From: Octopus bimaculoides
Taxonomy: Eukaryota
Length of the DNA: 64,000 nucleotides
NCBI RefSeq assembly: GCF_001194135.2
Contig: NC_068984.1
Coordinates: 121,690,998-121,754,997 of the forward strand
Direction of reading: 5' to 3'
The notes under the pieces were generated by a model. That model was not told the DNA's origin. It was given only the letters and a program-made list of their open reading frames with translations, and did no database searches. The first letter of the stretch is position 1, and every line of letters starts with the position of its first letter. The translations under genes and the position numbers were made by a program. Positions 13,788 through 23,990 of this stretch are shown here, piece by piece.

Positions 13788-14805
13788 CGGGCAGCAGTGG
13801 TGGTGATGTGATCACTGTGATTATTACAGCATGTTGGTCTGGTGGTATGATTGGTGTGGCGTTTGCAGTGTAGTGTAATGATTGAATAGTAGTACTGGTG
13901 GTGATGGTGAGGGTTAGTGTGGTAAAGATGGTGGTGATGTGGAGTGGGGGGGTAATGTAGTGGTTGTGGTGAAGCTAAGTTACTTTATGTGGGGTGGGGT
14001 GGGGGGAATATAATGAGAATGCCTCTCCTACCCAATTATTTTAAAGGGGTTGTTGTAGTTTAGCTCCTAGTCAATGCTAATCAAAACAGCATTCCTGCCA
14101 TAACCACCCTGTTGTCTCATGCTATCTGTCTAGCACTACATTATTCAAAGCATTCTTTCCCCACCGCCAACCCGTTTGAAGATAGTAAGGTGTCATTTGA
14201 AGGAGATTTAGCTTATATTTCTGGTAAGATGAACTACCATATAGAGGTTCCCTTGGATGGAACTGGGAGTAGGGGATGGCCCGTTTGGTGTGGAAGGGAT
14301 GGGAGGAGGAGAAGTTGTGTGTGTGGGTGTTATGTTAGTGGATGGGCATAATATGACCAAATGGTTTAAGAAGTTCAATTCACTGTCAAGGTACTGAGTT
14401 CAATCCCTCTGTATGACATCTTGAGCAAGTCTCTCCAATGAAAGAGTCTTTAATTGAACCCAAACTCTTGGGTGATTTTTTGAGTAGATGGAAATTGTGT
14501 GGAAGCTTTTGAAATGGATTGTGTTTATAATTCAAAGATCCAGTCTTGTCACAAACTGTCATGCTGATTTTCTTTGAGGATTACATTAAGGGTACACATG
14601 GCATGTCTTAAGAATACTCAGCCACATAGTGCTAATTTAATGAGCAGGTAATTCAGCTTATTTGACGACTACATACTCGTTATAAAAACAAACGGTGATT
14701 TATTTACTTTATACTGTGCGTGCAATGCCAATGGTTTGTTGCATATGTATGTTGGTGGCAATGATAATCTATGTGTCTACTAGAAAATAAACCTTATCAT
14801 TGGTA

Positions 14806-15966
14806 TCAAGCTGAGTAAAAAGTAAGCAACGTTTTGAAACCTGAAATTCATCACAATATATTTCAACAATGAGGAAATTTTATTCATCAAAATAAGTACC
14901 ATTACAGTCAGCACATTTTTACCGAGTTACAAGTTTGTTTATTCTGGTAACATAAAAATCTGGAGTTCTGGAGCTGATGAACTCTTTGAACACACTTTCA
15001 GCATCAATTTGATTTTTTAACTTCTTCTGGAGCGTCATTAGTGAAATGTGTGGTTGAGCATTGTCATGAAGAATGATTGGTCCTCTTCTGTTGACCAATC
15101 TGGGAGGGAGGAGAGGCAGTTTTGCGTTCATTTTGGCAATTTCATGGCAATACGTTTCTGCAGTAATAGTTTTTTGGTGTTTTAAGAAGTTATAGTGGAT
15201 GAGTCCATCAGTATACCACCAAACAGCCACCATAACCTTCTTTTTGAAGAGCTCTGGTTTAGGGAAGGTTTTTGGTGCTTCATTTTGGTCCAACCACTGC
15301 GAAGAACATTTTTAATTATTGTACAGAATCCACTTTTCATCACAAGTTATAATGCAGTCGAGAAATGGATCAGTCTGGTTACAGAGAAGAAGCAACGAGC
15401 AAATTTCATATCTGCACATTTTCTGATTTTCTTTCAAATCATGTGGTACCCTTTTTGATTTTCCACTTGCATGCAAATGGTTGCAGGCAGTTTTCTGGCT
15501 AACTTGAAGTTCTTTTGCCAGTTCTCAAATGGTTTTACATGGATCTTTCTCAACGACAGTCTTTAATTGACCGTCATCAATGACAGATAGGCAAGCACTA
15601 CATTCATGATCTTCAAGGCTCAGGTCTCCACTGCAAAATCATTTAAACCATTTTCAAGCTGACCACTCACTAGTCACTTCCTCACCAAACATTTTGTTGA
15701 TGTTGTGAGCAGTTTCAGCTGCTTTACATCCTTTTTGAAGTTGAATAGCAAAATTGCTTGAATATTGCGCTTTGACAGATACATTTCAGATGGTTGTAAC
15801 AATGGTGAAAAAAATATCAATGTTAGTTTATTGATGCATTTGGGCAAGTCTATGTCTGTATTATCAGACAATTGTAAAAAAATGTTTTAAAAAATTCAAA
15901 ACTCTGCAAAAATCTGGTACAAATTCATCATGGTCCAAAAAGTTGCTTACTTTTTACTCAACCTGA
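14806..15966 (-). mobile_element. Mariner (DD34D-type) transposon, defective, with both TIRs
   Basis: TIRs TCA(A/G)G(C/T)TGAGTAAAAAGTAAGCAAC flanked by TA at 14804-05 and 15967-68. Transposase remnant 15784 to 14880: MYLSKRNIQAILLFNFKK (HTH), RVPHDL, IITCDEKWILY (D1), VMVAVWW, LHDNAQPH (D2), NGTYFDE*. The YSPDL and third-D region is deleted. Confidence 0.92.
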
Positions 15967-17029
15967 TATGTATGTATGATGATTACAATGATGTATGAGT
16001 GTGTGTCTCTATGTGTGAAATTGTGTTCGATAATGTTTGCGTAAAGGAGTGCTAACATACAATGCAACCGATGTAGGTTTGATTATTTCCAGTTTTCAGT
16101 ATGAGAAATAACCACAGTATATTAAAATGCAGTGATTAGGAAAAAACCCATTAAATTGGTTTGTAAATTAACAATATTCTTTGACTGAGCAAGCTAGGGA
16201 GATATTCTCCAAATGTTATTGAACCTTGGGAGAGGCATTATGCCGGTAATAAATACACGCACTGGTTCGGTCCTTTATCTATTTATAAACAGTATTTAGT
16301 CTTTTTTGGCTTATTAGGTTTCATCTACAGAATTCAAGATGATTTTGCTGGTGGTGATAGTTGTATTAGAATTGTTTGCTGTTGTTTGATCTGCGATCAG
16401 ATCTGATTGAGCATATCTTGCCGTTTATTAACCCTTTTGGGACATACAGTGTTATTTTGAATGTGTAGCCAAAAATGCAAAAATGTTTTTTCTGTTGCAA
16501 GATGTCTACTGAAAAATGATACCTGATTAACTATTATACTTCAAAACCAACTATTCACAACATTTGTTCCATCAGGGCAATGGATCCACCTCAAAATCCT
16601 TTCAGCTTGTATCACTTGGGCTGATCAATTGGCCTGGGTGTCTCAAGAGGGTTAATGTAGTATAGTAGCAGTGTACCCTAGAATATATTTTGCAGGATCT
16701 TTTCTGTATTTTAATATGGCAGAGTATGATTTGAAGGAAATTTGGCTGCTATTTTCAGCTGAGGAAAGATCATTGCATAAAAGCTCATTTGTTCAGGTTC
16801 TAGTTGTTGTTCAAGCCTGTGTCAGTTCTCATTGTGCAGACCTGTGATTATATATGTTCCAAGCTTGACCATTTTATTATTTGCTCAAGTATTGTGAATA
16901 TCTCTGACTGCGTTATCCAATCTCCTTCTCTTTTGATGACTGAGATTTGAGGAAAATTTAGCTATTATTTCCAGCATGTTGAGCAAACACATACAGACTT
17001 ATCTTGTTGGCTCTAGTGTTTGATTGTGG

Positions 17030-17280
17030 TTATGATTTGCCAGCATGTCTATGTGTGATAGTATTAGGGTGGTGGTGGTGGCGGCAGTGGTAGTGGTGGG
17101 TGATGGTGTGGGCTTCAGCTCTACTCATTCTTACCCCACAGCACTTCTCCCTTTTCCCATAGACATGTGACAACACTGTGTGTGTATGGAGTGATTTCAG
17201 GGTTATGTGTAAGATATAGGGAGGGGATGGTATTATGTAGTGTATGCGTGTGTATGTTTGTTTATAAATACTACCATAAA

Positions 17281-17313
<33 letters not shown>

Positions 17314-17831
17314 TACTTAATGTATACATGTGCATCTTGCATGTATTGTTCGTGTATGTGTATATATAACTGTATATGTTTGTAAGTGCTTGAGTGGGTG
17401 TGAGCATTCTGGTGGAGGTAGGGGGTCCATACAATCATCACTACCACCACCCCTCTCCACACCATTTCCACTACCACTACAATACCATCACCATTATACC
17501 CATCCCCATCACGTGTGTGTGTGTGTGTGTGTAGCTACATGTCTTTTTCTTGTAGTTTTATACATACATGTACAATCACCACCACAACCAATTACTATAT
17601 CACCACCACCACCACCACCACCACCACTTTACTATGTTCCACCACCTCAGCATTATTACCACTAGCACCTCCACCCCATCACTATTAGCACCCCTATTAT
17701 CGCATCCACCACACAACCTTTACTAACCTCAATCGACACTGCCACTTTAACACTCTCTCTGTAAGGTTATCCCAATAGAAACAGGAGCCTAGAAATTGAG
17801 AAATACTTGACCCCCAGTGGACAGGTTTGGA

Positions 17832-17867
<36 letters not shown>

Positions 17868-18130
17868 AATTGTAGTAGCACTAGTAGTGGTAGCATTAGT
17901 GTTCTCTACCTCCTTTTACATTCTAAAGTTGTCACCACCACCACCACCACCACCACCACTACTACTGTTACTGCTCACATGCACATACACCCACACTGCA
18001 GCCACCACCACCACTACCATCATAGACACCAAACTAGTCTGTAGCTCAGCTACTTTTTCTTGGAGCCCAATTCTGCCAGTTTCTTCAGGTTCCAGATTTT
18101 TACACCATTCTTGTTTTGTGTAAGGTGAGT

Positions 18131-18168
<38 letters not shown>

Positions 18169-18600
18169 TTACTGCTGCTGCTGCTGCTACTACTGCTTTC
18201 TTTTGCTTTTTCATTCTCTCTTTATCTATCTATCTATCTTCATCTCTCATTCTAGTATAGGTGAGAGACTACTACTACTACTACTACTACTACATAGAAG
18301 TTGGCAGGTGGGTGTCATTTACCATTCTTTGTGTAGGTGCTAAGACTATTAATTCCTACACACACACACACAAACATTCACTCACACATGTAGACATACA
18401 GGTATGCACATGTACAGAGACAAGCAGACACGCGTGCATGCACACACACACACACACACACACACCTATGTACACTCACTTTACCATTTAGTTACTATAT
18501 CATTATTACAATCACCACCGTCACCACCACTGCCACTATCACCACCGTCACCACCACTGTCTCTCTCACCACCGTCACCACCACTGTCATCAACAGCTGC
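17030..18600. repeat. Compound microsatellite mosaic
   Basis: (GGT)n, (CA)n, (TG)n, (CAC)n, (AGT)n, (ACT)n and (GCT)n tracts plus an 18-21-bp TCACCACCGTCACCACCACTG triplet at ~18510-18590. Confidence 0.9.
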
Positions 18601-18942
18601 TTTCATCCGCTCTGACTGACACTTGCTCCAGCTCTGAATTCAAATTGTGCTGGATCAATTGTTCGATCTATCAAATCATCAAATCGTTTATCTTTATTGA
18701 ATGATTAATCATAAAATCAGTTTAACCAATGGTTATATCATATTAAAAATAAAAAATAGTTATTAATAAACTGTGGCGGGAAAGGATGGTGAGGTGTACT
18801 AATCCATTTGACTTGAATGTAATTATTTTCCTTAAAGAAAGGATTAGTGGTTTTGTGTTGATTTAGTGTCAAGAATAAATAAATAGCACCCCCACCCCCA
18901 TTCTTTAGCATGTGGTACGCAGTAGTGGCAGTGGATAAAGTT

Positions 18943-18985
<43 letters not shown>

Positions 18986-19404
18986 AAGGGATTTAAACTT
19001 CAAGAATTCTTAAAGGTCCAGAGCATTTAAATTCAGAGGTTTCATTTTTCTCCTACCCACTTAAGTATTTGAAATACTGACTTTTCTTATCAATATAATA
19101 ATATCTATTTATATATTATTATTTTCTTTTTCTTTGATAGTTTTATGCCAGTAGCATTGTGTTCAAATTAGGGTGGGGTAGACTCACCCTGTTGGTGTAC
19201 TGCATCTATTTATGTTGTCATTAGACAAAATGCTTAGCTGCAATTTTGTCTGTCTTTTACGTTCTGGGTTCAAGTTCCACTATGATTGACTTCGCCTTTC
19301 ATCATTTCAGGGTCAATAAAATAAGTACCAATCGAGCCCTGGGGTTGATGTAAATGACTTTTCCTGCTTCCCTGAGATTTCTGGCCTTGTACCAAAATTT
19401 GAAA

Positions 19405-19444
<40 letters not shown>

Positions 19445-19545
19445 GAAGGCAATGAGCTGAATCAACTCATCCCCTCCCCCAAAATTGCTGCCCTTGTGGC
19501 AAAATCTGAAATTATTATTATTATTATTACTATTATTATTATTAT

Positions 19546-20241
19546 AGACGTCGCACAGTATACAATGTCATGAGATTGTTGATTGAAGATATTGTGTCTA
19601 CTGGGGATTTGTACTGGTTGTCAAGTAACAACAAGGACCTCAGACAGACAGTACTTTATGCAGTATGCATGCAGTTCCAAGTAATGTCAATTTTTGCAAT
19701 ACATCTAGATTGCAGGGTATCTCTAAGATTTTCAGATGTTTTTTCACATTGGGTGGTATCGAACCCAATGCTCCAATGACAATAGGGATAACCTTCATGT
19801 TCAACTCTCGTAGCTGCCACATCTTAGCGATCTCAATTCTCAAGTCTCCATATTTATCAACTTTTTCTCTTTCTTTCATGATGATATGTTCATCTCCTGG
19901 CACTGCTACATCAATTATTAGGCACTCTTGTTTGCACTCTAACACTTTGTCTGTCTGGTGCTCTAACACTTTGTCTGTCTGGAAATCAAAGTCCCAGAGG
20001 ATTTTTGCCTTCCCCTTTTCATCCATTACCTTTTCCGGTGTATGTTGATACCCGGCACCTGTAACCTCATATCCATACTTACGGCATAGTAGCCAGTGGA
20101 GGTTTTGGGCTACTTTGTCTTGTCTACGCTTGTACTCTTTCTGCACAAAATTTTCACAAGCACTAACAGTGTGAGTCACACTTTCAACCTTCTTCCCACA
20201 CATTCTACAGAGGTCCGATGCACTTGTGTGGTCATTCATAC
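19546..20241 (-). mobile_element. 5'-truncated R4/Dong-clade non-LTR retrotransposon (zinc knuckle plus REL endonuclease region)
   Basis: ORF 19640-20287: CRMC-x8-H-x4-C knuckle, YKRRQDKVAQNLHWLLCRKYG, ILWDFDFQTD, CLIIDVAVPGD, EKVDKYGDLRIEI, VIPIVIGALG, LLGTACILHKVL*. About 95 nt of 3' UTR. (TAA)n on both sides on the element strand. Confidence 0.9.
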
Positions 20242-22489
20242 AATTATTATTATTATTATTAATTTCTTCTGACTCTTTAGAGTTCAAATTTCGTTGAAGC
20301 CAACTTACCTTTCATCCTTTCAGGGTCAAGAAAATAAGTAGTATTCAAGTACTGGGGTCAATGTAATTGACTAGCCCCCTCCTATAAAATTTCAGGCCTC
20401 GTGTCTATAATAGAAAGAATTACTTATTATTCAATTAAAGTCCATTTTCCATGCTGGCATGGGTTGGACAGTTTGACAGGATCCAGTTATTATTATTATG
20501 ACCTTGTGCTAAAATTTGAAACCATTTTTATTTTAATTATCATATGGACTAATACATACAGAGCATATGCACTTTCATACACGCAAATCGAGTACTTTAA
20601 GTTATTGTTTAGCTGTTGGTCAGCTCTGATTAAGTTGATCAATGACCAAAAGGCATCACAGCTGTGATCAGCCTTATATTTATTTATTTAATTTTCATTG
20701 CTTTTTTACAGACACCATGTGTTTAAACTCCACCTCCTTCTCTCCCCACACATTAAATTATCTTATTGATCAAACAATTGATTGTAAAATCAGTGTAACC
20801 ATAGGATTGCTGGAACTGTAGAAAATTGTGAGACCTGATGCATTTTGGTATTTGTTCCAGTTCTTTGCGTTCTGATTTCAAATCCTGTTGTGGCCTGCTT
20901 AAGTGGTAGACTTAACCCTTCACCCAGTTTAATACCATCACCCGGCATCTTGGGTACCTTTTGTATGCTATCAGGTTAGGTCTCCAGTTTGAGGACTCCT
21001 TTTACCAATCATGATGGGTAATGGGCTTATGTCTCTCCTCTTCAATTGAAGGTTTTAAAATAAGTACAAAGTGCCCTCCCACTCTTAAAAAAAAGACTGC
21101 ATAGATTTGAAGGAGTCTTTGGTTGTTATTTCTAGTATCCACTTACGTTATTTAACCTCAAGACACATCAGTATTGGAGTCACTAGATGGTGACACAATT
21201 TGCTAGATATAACAGCCAAAACATCTTTAAGTCATATCTATCTTTTTAAAAAAGGAAGTATGCATTTGCTCAAAGTAGTCATAGATAAAAAAAAAATGGA
21301 AAAACAATTAAGGATGGAGCATATTTGATTGTAGGTCTGTTTGCTAACTTTGGGCTATACAACAACCTAAAGAATTGACTGTAATATATTGAATGACATC
21401 ATCACATTTAAACTTCACTGCAGACTCACCCAGACTTCAGTTTGTTAAATTGAGAACTGAACAACATTGTGAACACTTTCAAACAGTATATAGTTATCCT
21501 CACTCAACTGAAGCTGTGCAAATGTTATATAATCAATCACTCAGTTGGATGTCATTGGTGGTGTCACCTGGTGTGTCACCTGGTGTCGCCTGTTCCATAT
21601 AGGGAGTCGGGTGGAGGGAAGGTGCTTTTCATGTTTTACATGCTTCAAAGCATTTGCCTCAAAATTGTCTGTCTACCCGAATGCTAAAGCTGATGCTATG
21701 TACTTTTAAGGTTCATAGTATGAGTGTGTAATCATACAAAGTCATGTGGCCATTTAGACCAAACATCTATACAGATACACACACATACATACATACATAC
21801 ATACATACATACACACACAGCCACGCACATACAAATATATATATAAATCAAGGTTTGTTAATAAAAGAATCATCATCATTTAATGTCTGTTTTCCATGCT
21901 GGCATGGGTTGGACAATTTGACAGGAGCTGGTAAATCAGAAGACTGCACCAAGCTCTGCTTCCGCTTTGGCATGGTTTCTACAGCTGGATGCTTGCATTT
22001 TACAGAATGGATTGGTTGCTTTTTATGTGGCACCAGCAGAATAACAAACATTTATTGGTGAAAGGATTAAATACATGAATGTAGGCTCAGATTTATTAAG
22101 TAAAGAAACTGATGTTCAAGCGAAAAGATTGATGTTCAGATTTATTATTAAGCAAATATAACTTCAGCACTTGGAATCACTCTATTGGAGTTTTCAGTCA
22201 CTCTATTGACTGGCTTGAATTAAAGCCAGTCAGGTAGATTCTACAATGTTCATTCAATTTGCTTGGAAAAGTAGCCAAATTTCCTTCAAACACACCCTAC
22301 TATTAAGATAAAATGAAATTTTAAAAATGCAGAAAGGAAGACAGTTTATTTAGGACTGCTTGATCCAATGGTCTGAATTTGGTTCATCATTGCTGGAATT
22401 CTTTTCATTATAGGTTTAATGGATCAGGACTGAACTGAAGCTAATCAACAACAATAGCAACCTAAGTCAACATTTGTGACTATCATTAA

Positions 22490-22867
22490 CCCTTTAGCAT
22501 TCAGATATTTTGTCAAATGTGATACTTATTTACTCACATTGTTTTGAATTAATCATGCATTATAACATAGCTTCGAGATTTCAATGATGTGATTCTTTAT
22601 TTTTTGAAAGACATTGCAGGGTAGATGGCAGAGGGCAGATCTGGCCAGTTTTAACATAAAACAAGTAGAATATTTGGGCTGGATATGGCCAGTTTAAATG
22701 CTGACCCTGTAGCATCCAGATTTCTTTGTCAAATGTAATGCTCATTTATTCACATTGTTTTGAATTAATCATGCATTATCTTGTAGCTTCGAGATTTCAA
22801 TGGTCAGTTTTAGCATAAAGCATGTAGAATATTTTGGCTGGACATGGCTAGGTTAAATGCTAATGGA
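22490..22867. mobile_element. piggyBac-like MITE, head-to-tail dimer
   Basis: TTAA|CCCTTTAGCATT at left and AATGCTAATGGA|TTAA at right. The body (TTTGTCAAATG...CACATTGTTTTGAATTAATCATGCATTAT...AGCTTCGAGATTTCAATG) occurs twice, with the second unit starting ~22705 and internally deleted. A related end lies at ~1481-1530. Confidence 0.75.
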
Positions 22868-23008
22868 TTAAATAATATAGTTTTGCAGTTAGTGTTTTGG
22901 AGAGAAAATATAGCTGTCACTCTAGGACAACTAACTGAGTGACACCCTAAGTGGAATTCTAATAATTAAATGGAGTTCTAATAATATTTTTTCTTTAACG
23001 AAAAAACC

Positions 23009-23396
23009 TTACTCTTTTACTTGTTTCAGTCATTTGACTGTAGCCATGCTGGAGCACCACCTTTAGTCGAGCAAATCGACCCCAGGACTTATTCTTTGTA
23101 AGCCTAGTACTTATTCTATCATTCCCTTTTGCCGAACCGCTAAGTTACAGGGACCTAAACACACCAGCAACGGTTGTCAAGCAATGTTGAGGGGACAAAC
23201 ACAGACACACAAACACGCATACACATATATATACGATGGGCTTCTTTCAGTTTCCGTCTACCAAATCCACTCACAAGGCTTTAGTCGGCCTGAGGCTATA
23301 GTAGAAGACACTTGCCCAAGGTGCCACGCAGTGGGACTGAACCCAGAACTATGTGGTTGGTAAGCAAGCTACTTACTACACAGCCACTCTTGCGCC
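23009..23396 (-). mobile_element. tRNA-derived SINE (family C, CORE-like ACCTTGGGCAAGTG motif)
   Basis: Minus strand: GGCTGTGTAGTAAG...GGTTCAGTCCCACTGCGTGGCACCTTGGGCAAGTGTCTTC, an internal (TG/TA) tract and a GAGTAA tail. Partial copies at ~1680-1800, 4395-4550, 28260-28365, 44600-44760, 44946-45105, 48840-48925 and 63870-64000. Confidence 0.8.
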
Positions 23397-23832
23397 TTGT
23401 GAAAATTTTTGATTTTGATTTTAGAACATTTATTTTGGCTAAAGTTGTATCAAGACTGGTTAAACATTCCTTTAAACATTCCTTGAACATCAACCATTTT
23501 GCTTAGTAATAAATTTGACTCTGCATCCGTGTATTTAATCCTTTCACCAATAAATGTTTTTTTATTCTGCTGATGCTGGTGCCACGAAAAAGCACTTGGT
23601 ACATTCTGTAAAGTGGTTGGCATTTGGAAGGGCGTCCAGATGCAGAAACCATGCCAAAGCAAGCAGTAAAGCTTGGTACATGCAGTCTTCTGGCTTACCA
23701 ACCACAGTCAGATTATCCAGCCTATGCCAGCATGCAATGATCATATAATTCTGTTTCTCATGAAATCATAAGTTAATTTAAATTATATCTTTAATACTTT
23801 CAATACTGTTTGCAAAATATGTATTTTTGCTC

Positions 23833-23990
23833 TGTGTGTGTGTGTTTATATTTTATGTGTATTCATATTTTTAACGTGTTTATATATATTTTATGTGTGT
23901 TTATATATATTTTATGTGTGTGTGTGTTTATATATATTTTATGTGTGTGTGTGTGTGTGTGTTTATATATATATTTTATGTGTGTGTTTA
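23833..23990. repeat. Compound minisatellite (GT)n-TTATATATATTTTAT
   Basis: About 7 units with a constant TTTATATATATTTTAT core and variable (GT)n length. Confidence 0.8.

Noticed and set aside
17030-18619. Cluster of overlapping 60-134-aa ORFs rich in H, T, P, Y, C and V
   Set aside because: They are produced by stop-free microsatellites. The same applies to ORFs at 11262-11730, 34766-35106, 38065-38778, 39267-40167, 42007-42475 and 52195-52748.
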